A stretch of DNA of 64,000 nt from an uncultured SAR86 cluster bacterium (GTDB lineage Bacteria > Pseudomonadota > Gammaproteobacteria > Magnimaribacterales > AG-339-G14), in the NCBI GenBank assembly GCA_902604535.1, contig CACKZK010000003.1:11227-75226 (forward strand), given 5' to 3'. The translations under genes were made by a program, and so were the position numbers. Under the pieces are notes generated by a model. It ran no database searches. It was given only the letters and a program-made list of their open reading frames with translations, and was not told where the DNA came from. Positions 17,781 to 26,852 of the stretch are shown piece after piece; position 1 is the stretch's first letter; the number at the start of each line of letters is the position of its first letter.

Positions 17781-18812
17781 CTATTCTATCTCATAGAAAT
17801 TTTTGTACCAGTTTACGAAATTTTTTACACCTTCTTTTATGCTAACTTTTGGAGTAAAACCAGTCAGATCCTTTAAAAGATTGGTATCGGCATAGGTCTC
17901 AGGCACATCTCCAATTTGAAGAGGAAGATAGTTTTTTATAGCCTTTTTACCTAAGTTTTTTTCTATTTCTTTAATAAAATCTTCAAGTTTAATAGGATTG
18001 TTGTTTCCAATATTAAGGACTCTGTAGGGTGCTGAGCTTGAGGAGGAATTTCCATTAACGCTGTCCCAGTTTAAATCTTCCTTAGGAGGAGAATCAAGAA
18101 CTCTTAAAATTCCTTCAACAATATCGTCAATGTAAGTAAAATCTCTAAGGTGATTTCCTTGATTAAAAATATCAATTGGTTTCCCTTCAATTATATTTTT
18201 AGTGAATAGGAATAATGCCATGTCAGGCCTCCCCCAGGGACCATATACTGTAAAAAATCTTAAACCAGTTGTCGGTAATTTATATAGATTGCTATAGCTG
18301 TGAGCCATTAATTCATTAGCCTTTTTTGTAGCGGCATAAAATTGCAATGGATTGCTTGCTTCATTAACTTCTTTGAAAGGCATGTTGGTGCTAGCTCCAT
18401 AAACACTACTAGTGCTAGCATAAATCAAATGTTGGATATCTGAGTATCTGCAAGCCTCTAAAATATTAGTAAAACCTACCAAGTTACTTTGGACATATGC
18501 ATGAGGATTTTTAATGCTGTGCCTTACTCCAGCCTGTGCAGCAAGATTTATAACACACTCAAAATTTTTTTCATCAAAACAATCTGAGAGCTCATTTAGA
18601 TTACATAAATCTATCTTTTTAAATTCAAAACTTTCTTTTGAAGATTTATTTTTTGAGGAAGTTAGAATTTCTAATCTTTTTTTCTTTAGTTTCGTATCAT
18701 AATAATCATTAATATTATCAATTCCAAAAACATTATTTCCCTGTTTCATTAATGCTTTACACAAATGAAAGCCTATAAATCCAGCAGCACCAGTTACTAG
18801 TATTTTTTTCAT
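17781..18812 (-). CDS. NAD-dependent UDP-glucuronate 4-epimerase (SDR, Cap1J/LpsL/WbnF-like)
   Basis: [41 protein letters not shown] (YxxxK), [15 protein letters not shown]. Confidence 0.85.
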   Translation of the reverse strand: MKKILVTGAAGFIGFHLCKALMKQGNNVFGIDNINDYYDTKLKKKRLEILTSSKNKSSKESFEFKKIDLCNLNELSDCFDEKNFECVINLAAQAGVRHSIKNPHAYVQSNLVGFTNILEACRYSDIQHLIYASTSSVYGASTNMPFKEVNEASNPLQFYAATKKANELMAHSYSNLYKLPTTGLRFFTVYGPWGRPDMALFLFTKNIIEGKPIDIFNQGNHLRDFTYIDDIVEGILRVLDSPPKEDLNWDSVNGNSSSSSAPYRVLNIGNNNPIKLEDFIKEIEKNLGKKAIKNYLPLQIGDVPETYADTNLLKDLTGFTPKVSIKEGVKNFVNWYKNFYEIE

Positions 18813-19951
18813 TATAAAATTGTAAATATTCTTGAGGCTTGCAGTGGCAAATATAGGATTAATATTCTTCTAATGAAGTTTCTCATTACTTTGATTGGAA
18901 GGAGATATTTTTCCTTTTCTAAAGGATTAATTAGCATTGTAAAAAGAAATTTATAAAGTGCTGTGAAAGTATTCTTAAAATCATTCAGCGTATCTCTAGA
19001 ATAACCAAAGACGTGAAAAGAATACTTAAATAGATATTCAATCATTATTATTTCATTTTCATTTAATCTTTTTCTCCATCGTTTCTCTACATTTTCTTCC
19101 GTATAAAAATCTATGGGAGGCCTTTCGGAGAGTTCATCTATTCCTAGATAAGAGCTTTCACCTAACCATTCTTTGCCTAAAAAAGTTTCTTCTAGACAAG
19201 AATCTAAGAAATCTAATTTCAGCCAAGAACATAAGTCTTGCATTTCTTTTTTTAGGTTTTGATGCATTTTTTCATTTACCATTATGCGAGCTTTTTCATC
19301 AATATATTTCTTATGCTTTTTACAAAAATGCTCTAAATAAGTTCCAGCTAAAATACCTTTATCAAAATCGTAAGGATTTATTGAAAGATAGCCTGCATTT
19401 TCAACTTGTCTTTTCCAGCCCCCAGCCAAACCTGCTCTTGGGTCTCTCATCATAAAGATAAAATTTGCATTAAATATATTTTTATACTTTTCAGTGTGCC
19501 AAGAAACATGTTCTTGTGAAATTATTGTCTTTATATTTGAAATATTTATATTGAAAACTTTACAGTAAGAGAAATTAATGCCAAAAAAAAGAGCCTTTAA
19601 ATTACTCTCTTCTTCTGTTCTTTGAAGGTATTCATTTAGATAAAATTCAAATGTTTTAGCATTTTTCTCGCTAAATAAAAACTTTCTTCTTACGACCTGA
19701 TAAGAGGGATTATTGAATACATATTCTGTAAATTCTTTTGAAATAGATCTTCTTTTTTGATTCTCAATTAAATTTTTACCTTTTTCTTTTTCATAAAAAT
19801 CTAGAGTTCTAAAAAAACTATATGCTGGCATCAAAACTATTTCATCATGCCCATCAAGCAGACTATGAATCCAGTCTAGGCCATTATGTCCAAAACTACT
19901 CAAGATGGTAACTGGCAATAAACTAAAGTTCTTTATCTCTGAATCCTTCAT
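18812..19951 (-). CDS. sulfotransferase-family protein with hydrophobic C-terminal tail
   Basis: 5'-PSB-like [17 protein letters not shown], 3'-PB-like [12 protein letters not shown], and a late [23 protein letters not shown] segment typical of bacterial sulfotransferases. It sits two genes from cysC. Confidence 0.6.
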   Translation of the reverse strand: MKDSEIKNFSLLPVTILSSFGHNGLDWIHSLLDGHDEIVLMPAYSFFRTLDFYEKEKGKNLIENQKRRSISKEFTEYVFNNPSYQVVRRKFLFSEKNAKTFEFYLNEYLQRTEEESNLKALFFGINFSYCKVFNINISNIKTIISQEHVSWHTEKYKNIFNANFIFMMRDPRAGLAGGWKRQVENAGYLSINPYDFDKGILAGTYLEHFCKKHKKYIDEKARIMVNEKMHQNLKKEMQDLCSWLKLDFLDSCLEETFLGKEWLGESSYLGIDELSERPPIDFYTEENVEKRWRKRLNENEIIMIEYLFKYSFHVFGYSRDTLNDFKNTFTALYKFLFTMLINPLEKEKYLLPIKVMRNFIRRILILYLPLQASRIFTIL

Positions 19952-20011
19952 TTTCTTGAAGATAAATAATACAGCCTAATCCAATGCAATGATTACTAAT
20001 TGCATAAACAG

Positions 20012-20707
20012 TTAATTTTTTTCTGTAAATGGATGAGTTTTTGAAATCTCTCTCCCAATATCAACTAGCTCTCTAAATTCGTCAGGTGTAATGCTTAAAG
20101 TATGATCTCTTATAGATTGAGATGCCTTATTTAGAGTCAGATGTTTCTCTATAAATTTTGCTCCTCTTGATATTGCGACATAAGATGCAGAATTGCCTAA
20201 AAAATGATCGCTGTAACCAAAATAAGATTTTTCAGAAAAGTTAGGTGGCATTTTTCTTAAATCCTCAGGAGTATTTGGATAGTTTGACACGCAATGAATA
20301 TATCTCAGCTTTGAATTTGGAGCCCCAAAGGGGAATTCAACTCCCTCCCAAAACCCCAATGAACAAAATACCTCTTTACCAGAAGAGATAATCTCTTCAC
20401 ATAATTTAGGATGATCAACTACTGTTCTTGATGCAATTTTGTATCTATTAAAGTTTAGTTTTTGAGCGAGCTCAAATGCGCTTGGTGTGATAATGGATGC
20501 CATGAACTCAATATCAACGAAATCGCAGAATTCTTTTAACTTCAGAGCAGTGTCAAGATCAATATGATTAATTTCATTTTTTCCATCTCGCCAGCCTAAT
20601 TGAAATTTTGCTATATCGGCACCAGATTTTTTAGCTTGCCGAATAATCTCAAGGGCTAGATCAAAATTTCCTTCATGATTCAATCCTATTTCAGCTACGA
20701 ATATCAT
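20012..20707 (-). CDS. NeuB-family (PEP-condensing ulosonic acid synthase) TIM-barrel protein lacking the C-terminal SAF domain
   Basis: MIFVAEIGLNHEGNFDLALEIIRQAKKSGADIAKFQ is the canonical NeuB N-terminus. The product is 231 aa against ~340 aa for NeuB, and only 60 nt of non-coding DNA follow. Confidence 0.7.
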   Translation of the reverse strand: MIFVAEIGLNHEGNFDLALEIIRQAKKSGADIAKFQLGWRDGKNEINHIDLDTALKLKEFCDFVDIEFMASIITPSAFELAQKLNFNRYKIASRTVVDHPKLCEEIISSGKEVFCSLGFWEGVEFPFGAPNSKLRYIHCVSNYPNTPEDLRKMPPNFSEKSYFGYSDHFLGNSASYVAISRGAKFIEKHLTLNKASQSIRDHTLSITPDEFRELVDIGREISKTHPFTEKN

Positions 20708-20728
20708 ATTTTAATTTTTAGATTCCAA

Positions 20729-20737
20729 ATTATAACA
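20729..20737 (-). promoter_or_regulatory. candidate extended -10 element (TGtTATAAT on minus strand) upstream of the NeuB-like gene
   Basis: The plus-strand ATTATAACA read on the minus strand gives TGTTATAAT, 22 nt upstream of the ATG at 20707. No convincing -35. The AT-rich background makes chance matches likely. Confidence 0.2.
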
Positions 20738-20751
20738 ATTTAATGGAGAGG

Positions 20752-21414
20752 TTATTCTTTAAAATCCTCTGATAATTTATGGTCGAATTTCTTCAATAAT
20801 TTCGACTGTTTCGTTCTGTTATTTGCATGATCTCTATACTTATAAAGAGGAAGTTCTAAGTGGCCCAAAGAGAATTTTTTAAGAAATCTTTTTCGTAGTT
20901 CATGACCTTCTCTCATAGAATAGTTTTCATTATATAAACCTATGTCAAATAGACATTCTCTTCTAAACATAACACCGCAAGCTATCTCATCTTCTAAACC
21001 ATTTTTTCTGGCTATTATCTCTTCATTTTCATCTACTTTGTAATAATCAACACAGACTGCTTGATAGAATCTATTAAAATCAAGAAAAAATTTCATGTGA
21101 AAAAGAAATGTTCTCTGAACGTAATCATCTGAATCAACTCTAACAATATATCTCCCAACAGACTCCTGCATTGCTTTATTAATAGATGATGGCAAACCCA
21201 TATTCTGTTCATTGAAGATAATTTTTAAATTTTTCTCATTTGAAAATTTTTCTAAAATTGAAGATGTTGAATCTTCACTGCAATCATCAACTAATATCAC
21301 TTCAAAATCATTTTCGTTTATAAAGTCTTGATTCAAAAGACTTCTTAAGCATCTCTCGATCCACTTAGCATGATTATAAGTACAAACAATTACTGAGATA
21401 GATTTGGCTTTCAC
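20752..21414 (-). CDS. family 2 glycosyltransferase
   Basis: [40 protein letters not shown] (DxD). Confidence 0.85.
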   Translation of the reverse strand: MKAKSISVIVCTYNHAKWIERCLRSLLNQDFINENDFEVILVDDCSEDSTSSILEKFSNEKNLKIIFNEQNMGLPSSINKAMQESVGRYIVRVDSDDYVQRTFLFHMKFFLDFNRFYQAVCVDYYKVDENEEIIARKNGLEDEIACGVMFRRECLFDIGLYNENYSMREGHELRKRFLKKFSLGHLELPLYKYRDHANNRTKQSKLLKKFDHKLSEDFKE

Positions 21415-21416
21415 AA

Positions 21417-23144
21417 TTAGGGCCTTAAATTTCTAAATAACATTTTGATAGCAAATTCTGCTGCCTTCAGTTCTGAATCAATAGTCAGACCTGCAATATG
21501 AGGAGTAATGATTAATTTTTCATTGTTTCTAGCGTAATCTATTACTTTACTTCTTTTTATATCATTTGAAATTTCATTTCTTATAACATCAAGCCCTGCT
21601 GATTTGATTTTTCCAGAACTAAGGGCCTTGATCAAATCTTTTTCTACAACAATTTCTCCTCTGGAGATGTTGATAAAGTAAACACCGTCTTTCATTGAAT
21701 CAAACCATTTTTTATCAACCATATCTTTAGTTTTACTATCTAAATGAACGGCGATAAGAACAATATCTGAGAGATTTAAAAGTTGCTTTATTGACTTGTA
21801 TTGTTTTACCTTACCTTTGATAACTTTTTGAGGGTCATATGCAACGACATTCATGCCCATTGCGATAGCATACTTAGCAACATTAGATCCTATTCTTCCA
21901 AACCCAACTATTCCAAGATTTTTACCTCTCAGTTCAACTCCTCTGAAGTTATCTTCAACTTCTCTCCATTTATAAGCTAAAGAACTTCTTGATGCTTGAG
22001 GTAGATTTCTTACGACAGATAAAATTAAAGAAAAAGCGTACTCAGATGAGGCATAGATTTCCTTTACAAAGCTTGTATCTTTCAAACTAGAAACAGTAAT
22101 CCTCCTTTTTTTGCAATATTCTTTATCTATATGATTGGAACCTGTTGATGGGGTAATAATAAGTTTTATATTTTTTGAATTATTAAGAATTTTTTTATCA
22201 ATTTTGTACTTCGGACTTGGGCTGCATATCCAAGCTTCTACTTTTTCAGATTTAAGTAAATCAATAATATCTTTTTCTTTGGCTTCTGCTGCAAAAATGC
22301 ATGAGTATTTTTCTTTTAATTTTTCTTTAATTTTAGGAATAAAATGTAAAGGAGTTGTTACCAATAAAATTTTCTTATCTTTATTTCTAAAGAATTCAAT
22401 TTTGTTTTGCTTTACTTCCCAAGGATTATTGTTGCACTCCCCATTGTTAATTTTAAAATCTGCTATTGTTAAATCTTCAACAGTATCTATATTCACGGAC
22501 TTATTCTCATCCATTACAAAGGCAAGGCTATCAGACCCATGTCTAGAGAATTCTTCAATAAGCACTTCTCTTTTCATAGCATAAATTGCACCATTTCTTA
22601 TATATGAGGGCGGAAAAAGATCTTGCCTTCTTGAATTCTGACCTGGCTCTGGAAACTCTACAGTCATATCACGAATTCTCCCTTTAATTATTTTTTTTAA
22701 TCTAACTGGATGTTTTTCACCCGTTCCAACAACACTAATTACTGAATCAGAACCTTTTTCGATTAGCATACTCAACGCACCATCAATATCATGACTATCT
22801 CTTAATGGAGCAACACAAGGTAACTCAATAATAAAATCATATTTTTTTTTATAAATTTTTTCAGTTTCAAGAACCGCATGATGAAGGGAGTCAACAGAAA
22901 AAACTTTATCTCCAGCCAATTTCTTTGGTCTTTTAAAAGGTACATCTGCTCCATAAGATCTACTTACTTCTGCTATTTCTTCTGAATCAGTTGAGACTAC
23001 AAGATCTGTGATAAATTTTGATTTTTTTGCGGCTGCAATAGTGTAAGAAATCAGCGGATATCCTCCTATAGGATAAATATTTTTCTTCGGAATTCCTTTC
23101 GAACCACCTCGTGCTTGAATTACTGCCAAAATATTTATCTTCAT
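21417..23144 (-). CDS. fusion protein: N-terminal NeuA-type acylneuraminate cytidylyltransferase + C-terminal D-isomer-specific 2-hydroxyacid dehydrogenase
   Basis: N-terminus: [32 protein letters not shown] (CMP-NeuAc synthetase P-loop). C-terminus: [32 protein letters not shown] (Rossmann), [14 protein letters not shown] and ITPHIAGLT (Arg/Asp-Glu/His catalytic set). A single 575-aa ORF with no internal stop. Confidence 0.8.
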   Translation of the reverse strand: MKINILAVIQARGGSKGIPKKNIYPIGGYPLISYTIAAAKKSKFITDLVVSTDSEEIAEVSRSYGADVPFKRPKKLAGDKVFSVDSLHHAVLETEKIYKKKYDFIIELPCVAPLRDSHDIDGALSMLIEKGSDSVISVVGTGEKHPVRLKKIIKGRIRDMTVEFPEPGQNSRRQDLFPPSYIRNGAIYAMKREVLIEEFSRHGSDSLAFVMDENKSVNIDTVEDLTIADFKINNGECNNNPWEVKQNKIEFFRNKDKKILLVTTPLHFIPKIKEKLKEKYSCIFAAEAKEKDIIDLLKSEKVEAWICSPSPKYKIDKKILNNSKNIKLIITPSTGSNHIDKEYCKKRRITVSSLKDTSFVKEIYASSEYAFSLILSVVRNLPQASRSSLAYKWREVEDNFRGVELRGKNLGIVGFGRIGSNVAKYAIAMGMNVVAYDPQKVIKGKVKQYKSIKQLLNLSDIVLIAVHLDSKTKDMVDKKWFDSMKDGVYFINISRGEIVVEKDLIKALSSGKIKSAGLDVIRNEISNDIKRSKVIDYARNNEKLIITPHIAGLTIDSELKAAEFAIKMLFRNLRP

Positions 23145-24922
23145 GAAGCCATCTCTTTAAATTGAGCATTTTTGCTGATCAATTGACTAAAATTTCCATA
23201 ATCCTTTATTTTTCCATCTTCCAAAAAATAGATCATGTCACAATTTTCGATAGTTGATATTCTATGCGCCACTGTAATTAAAGTTAATTTATTTGACAGG
23301 GATTCTATGGCTTCCATTACGTAGTTTTCAGTAATTCCATCAAGAGCGCTTGTAGCCTCATCTAAAACTAATACTTCTGGTTCATTATATAAAGCCCTAG
23401 CAATTCCAATTCTTTGTCTCTGACCTCCACTAAGTTTCACACCATTCTCTCCGACCAAAGTATTATATTTTTCAGGTAAGTCACTCACAAAACTATCCAA
23501 ATTGGCTAGTTTAGCTGCTTTTACCACTTTATCCTGATCAATGTCGTTGGGTTCAATTCCAAAAGCTATGTTTGATCTTATAGATTCATCTATCAAAAAA
23601 ATCATTTGAGGCACGAAAGAAATCTTATTTTGCCAAGACAATAGATTATTATTGTCAATGGCAATATCATCGATCATAATTTTGCCATTTATAGGATTTA
23701 GCAAACCTAAGATAATATCAATCAAAGTTGTTTTTCCTGAGCCTGTGGATCCTGCAAACCCAACGGATGTATTTTTCTTTATTGATAATGAAACGCCATC
23801 AATGACATTTTTTTTAGATTTAGGGTATTTGAAAAGGATATTATCTAAAGTAATTTTTTTATCAAATATGATCTTTTGATCTTCTTTATTTGATTGCTTA
23901 TTCTTTCCTGCGTCTTCAATTTCTTTTAAATCATTGATGATTATCATCAAAGCTGGGAGGTTATATTTGATCATTGATTGAGCAGAGTAAATATTTTGCA
24001 CAGCGGGCAGTAGCCTGTATCCAGCTACAGCATAAAGCGATAAAATAGGAATAATTTCTGAAATGAGAACATCGTTGGAGAGTAAAATCAAAGTGATGGA
24101 TATAATCCCCCCAAAGGCAACTGTTTCAAGGAGATACCTTGGCAAAATTGCTATTACAAGCCCTTGAGCTGAAAATCTTGCATTATCAATTGAAGGCTGT
24201 CTAAATCTGCCAATAAAATTTCTTTCTAAAGATTTAAGCTTTATATCTTTTATGCCCATCATTGCTTCATCGACTGTCCTGAATCTATTGAAAAGAGCTA
24301 TGGATTGTTTTTCTCCAATTCTTGATAAGTAGGATCTAGTAATGATGTAAAAAAATAAATAAGCTCCTCCTATGCTCGAAATGGTCATGATGGCAATAAC
24401 GGGATTTATGTATATCAAAAATGTAAAAACTACTATTGTTAAAATTGCTTTAGAAATAGCTTGTAAAGCCTGCAAGACAACACCTTTGACTACCCTATCA
24501 ATTTCAGAAAGAATATTCTTTCCTAAATCAGATGAATTTCTTTCAATAAAAAATAAATAATTATTTGAAAGGTAATGTTTGAGTAATCTCATAGAGATAA
24601 TGTGTCCTTGCATCTTAGAAAAATAGGTAATGGCCCAGTACATGAAAGCACTAAAAAAATTTGAAAAAGCCAAAAGGACTAAGACAGCTACTCCAGAGTA
24701 AAATAGGAAAGTGTCAACATTATCAAAATTAAAAAAATTAAAAAGAAAGCTTAATATTTGGTTAGATGAAATTTGATCGGGATCAAGAACCATACTCATG
24801 AATGGCAAAATAGAGGCAACTCCGACCACCTCAAAAAAGGCCATGATTATGGAACCAATCAACAACAGAGAAATTTGAAATTTTTCTTTCTTTTTAAAAA
24901 GATACTTTAAATCGGCATACAT
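23141..24922 (-). CDS. fused TMD-NBD ABC exporter (MsbA/PglK-like)
   Basis: 593 aa. Six-helix N-terminal half, Walker A GSTGSGKTT, signature LSGGQRQR, Walker B VLVLDEATS. Confidence 0.85.
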   Translation of the reverse strand: MYADLKYLFKKKEKFQISLLLIGSIIMAFFEVVGVASILPFMSMVLDPDQISSNQILSFLFNFFNFDNVDTFLFYSGVAVLVLLAFSNFFSAFMYWAITYFSKMQGHIISMRLLKHYLSNNYLFFIERNSSDLGKNILSEIDRVVKGVVLQALQAISKAILTIVVFTFLIYINPVIAIMTISSIGGAYLFFYIITRSYLSRIGEKQSIALFNRFRTVDEAMMGIKDIKLKSLERNFIGRFRQPSIDNARFSAQGLVIAILPRYLLETVAFGGIISITLILLSNDVLISEIIPILSLYAVAGYRLLPAVQNIYSAQSMIKYNLPALMIIINDLKEIEDAGKNKQSNKEDQKIIFDKKITLDNILFKYPKSKKNVIDGVSLSIKKNTSVGFAGSTGSGKTTLIDIILGLLNPINGKIMIDDIAIDNNNLLSWQNKISFVPQMIFLIDESIRSNIAFGIEPNDIDQDKVVKAAKLANLDSFVSDLPEKYNTLVGENGVKLSGGQRQRIGIARALYNEPEVLVLDEATSALDGITENYVMEAIESLSNKLTLITVAHRISTIENCDMIYFLEDGKIKDYGNFSQLISKNAQFKEMAS

Positions 24923-24941
24923 AAGAAAAAATTAATGGTTC

Positions 24942-25784
24942 CTAGCTTTTAAAAAATCTATGCCTTATAAAAATATAAAAAATTCCTAGAAATAATCCGA
25001 TTATGCTTCCAACAAAAAACATTTGAAGAAGTTTAGGTTTAGACGGATTCCCTGCAGGAGTGGCTTTATCAAGAATTTTAAAGATATAGTCGTCCTTCAC
25101 ATTTGAAAGCATATTACTTTTTATTTGTTCTTCCATGACTTGAAAGAAAACATTATCTATTGTTTTGACATCGTTAATCTTAAGTTGATTTTTTAAATAA
25201 GAAATTGTTTTTTGTCCTTCTTCTATGTCTTGAGTCCTTAGATGATTATTTAATTCAGAAATTATTAGGTTTGACCAACTTGAGGTTTGTAAAGAATCCG
25301 TCCACTCAAATTCCAATTCATAAATATCATACTGGGACCCAGAAACACTGAATAAATCTCTCAATTTAGAGCCGATTGAATCTCCAGCCGGTTTTTCAGT
25401 TTTCCATTTTCTATTTTTTTTATCCCAGGCTTCCGGAAAAAGATACCTAGTGATGTCATTCTTATCTGCAAATTCTTCAAGAAAAATATTAGATTTTAAT
25501 ACCGCTAGAGCTATCGACTTTTTTGTTGGTCCTTCGCTTACAGTCACCCCAACCAAACCAGCGATTCCCGATAGCGCGCCTGATGAAGCGCTTGCAGAAT
25601 TTGTATCAGTTGGAATAAAAGTAACTTTAGAAACATACTCTTTGGGCAAAGTTAGGCCGTAAATAAAGGAAATTACCCCAATAAAAATTGAAGAGATAAT
25701 AAGAAGTTTTCTAAACTCATTCAGAAACTTAATTTCATCGATCAAGTTTATGATTGTTTCATTTGAATCAATATTGTCATTCAT
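24942..25784 (-). CDS. Wzz-like polysaccharide chain-length-determinant protein
   Basis: 280 aa. N-terminal TM followed by PKEYVSKVTFIP, and a C-terminal PSKPKLL...GSIIGLFLGIFYIFIRHRF TM helix (the Wzz P-x-x-P + TM2 pattern). Confidence 0.65.
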   Translation of the reverse strand: MNDNIDSNETIINLIDEIKFLNEFRKLLIISSIFIGVISFIYGLTLPKEYVSKVTFIPTDTNSASASSGALSGIAGLVGVTVSEGPTKKSIALAVLKSNIFLEEFADKNDITRYLFPEAWDKKNRKWKTEKPAGDSIGSKLRDLFSVSGSQYDIYELEFEWTDSLQTSSWSNLIISELNNHLRTQDIEEGQKTISYLKNQLKINDVKTIDNVFFQVMEEQIKSNMLSNVKDDYIFKILDKATPAGNPSKPKLLQMFFVGSIIGLFLGIFYIFIRHRFFKS

Positions 25785-25796
25785 AGTTTAGTACTT

Positions 25797-25883
25797 TGGT
25801 ACCCGGGGCCGGACTTGAACCGGCACGAAGTCGCCTTCGAGGGATTTTAAGTCCCTTGTGTCTACCAATTCCACCACCCGGGC
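25797..25883 (-). tRNA. tRNA-Leu (anticodon UAA), 87 nt with long variable arm, CCA encoded
   Basis: The reverse complement reads GCCCGGGTGGTGGAATTGGTAGACACAAGGGACTTAAAATCCCTCGAAGGCGACTTCGTGCCGGTTCAAGTCCGGCCCCGGGTACCA. It folds manually into acceptor, D, anticodon (loop CTTAAAA) and variable arms plus a T arm (GCCGG-TTCAAGT-CCGGC). Confidence 0.93.
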
Positions 25884-25889
25884 AGATAA

Positions 25890-26750
25890 TTAATCATCTT
25901 CTATGGCTCTCCCTTTTAAATTTTCCCAATCTTTTTCAGGCCTTACTTCTAAGTTTGTTTTCCAAGAACCTCTTAAAACGTGAGGCTCAATGCCTATCGA
26001 CTCACTAAATTTAATCATTGCTTGTATGTCCTTCGGAAAACAACTACCTCCAAAACCCATTTTTCCATCTGGTCCTGGAACTTGTGTATGAGAATGACCT
26101 ACTCGGCCATCGCGGAGGAAGCCTTCCACCACATGGTCCCAATTTGCATCTATTCTATCTGAAATTAGTTTCATCTCGTTCAAAAAAGAAACCTTAGTAG
26201 CAAAATAATTATTACAGACATATTTTATTAACTCTGCAGATTCAAAATCTGTTTTAATTACTGCTATTTCTCTTCCAAAACGATGTTTATAAAGGGTTTC
26301 AACTTTCTCAACATTGTCTGTTTCTCCTCCGAGAACAAATCTAGTTTGACTGAGGAAATCAAAATATGCAGATCTTTCTGTCAGAAATTCTGGATTGAAA
26401 ACAATTTTTAGATGAGGAAATCTTTTCTGCATTTCTGATGATGTTCCAGGAATTATTGTTGACCTGAGAAGGATAATTGGAGATGAATTTGCTTTCTCAG
26501 CAATAGAAGAAATATCACTTAAGCAGCCTTTTAGAGTTTTTAAACTGATAGAACCATCGCTTTTTGATGGAGTTGGGACAGAAATAAAAATGAAATCAGA
26601 TTCTTGAATGACCTCCTCGAGGGAATTTTGAGATTTAGATGGATCTTTGTCATGGATCCTAATCTCAGCTTTATAGCCTACGCTTTCAGAAAATCCATGA
26701 GCTACAGCTGACCCAACAAAACCTTTTCCTACTATTCCAATTTTATACAT
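25890..26750 (-). CDS. short-form UDP-glucose/GDP-mannose dehydrogenase-family protein (nucleotide-sugar 6-dehydrogenase)
   Basis: IGIVGKGFVGSAVAHGF (Rossmann), NPEFLTE, GFGGSCFPKD (catalytic Cys). At 286 aa it lacks the usual C-terminal UDP-binding domain. Confidence 0.75.
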   Translation of the reverse strand: MYKIGIVGKGFVGSAVAHGFSESVGYKAEIRIHDKDPSKSQNSLEEVIQESDFIFISVPTPSKSDGSISLKTLKGCLSDISSIAEKANSSPIILLRSTIIPGTSSEMQKRFPHLKIVFNPEFLTERSAYFDFLSQTRFVLGGETDNVEKVETLYKHRFGREIAVIKTDFESAELIKYVCNNYFATKVSFLNEMKLISDRIDANWDHVVEGFLRDGRVGHSHTQVPGPDGKMGFGGSCFPKDIQAMIKFSESIGIEPHVLRGSWKTNLEVRPEKDWENLKGRAIEDD

Positions 26751-26776
26751 CTTGCTTACTAATCTCTCTAATTAAT

Positions 26777-26850
26777 TGGAGGCTGAGGTCGGAATCGAAC
26801 CGGCGTACACGGATTTGCAGTCCGCTGCATAACCACTCTGCCACTCAGCC
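26777..26850 (-). tRNA. tRNA-Cys (anticodon GCA), 74 nt, U73 discriminator, CCA encoded
   Basis: The reverse complement reads GGCTGAGTGGCAGAGTGGTTATGCAGCGGACTGCAAATCCGTGTACGCCGGTTCGATTCCGACCTCAGCCTCCA. Acceptor GGCTGAG/CTCAGCC, anticodon loop CTGCAAA. From memory it is closely similar to E. coli tRNA-Cys. Confidence 0.93.
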
Positions 26851-26852
26851 AT

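Noticed and set aside
20012-20707. NeuB-like gene as a truncated pseudogene
   Set aside because: The ORF is intact through the whole TIM-barrel region. Only 60 nt separate it from the next gene, so there is no degraded SAF-domain remnant. It is more consistent with a naturally short family member.
25796-26008. 70-aa plus-strand ORF (MVPGAGLEPARSRLRG...) and the 25980-26162 ORF
   Set aside because: The first is the antisense reading of tRNA-Leu running into the dehydrogenase gene. The GC-rich tRNA creates an artefactual open frame. The second is a shadow of the dehydrogenase CDS.
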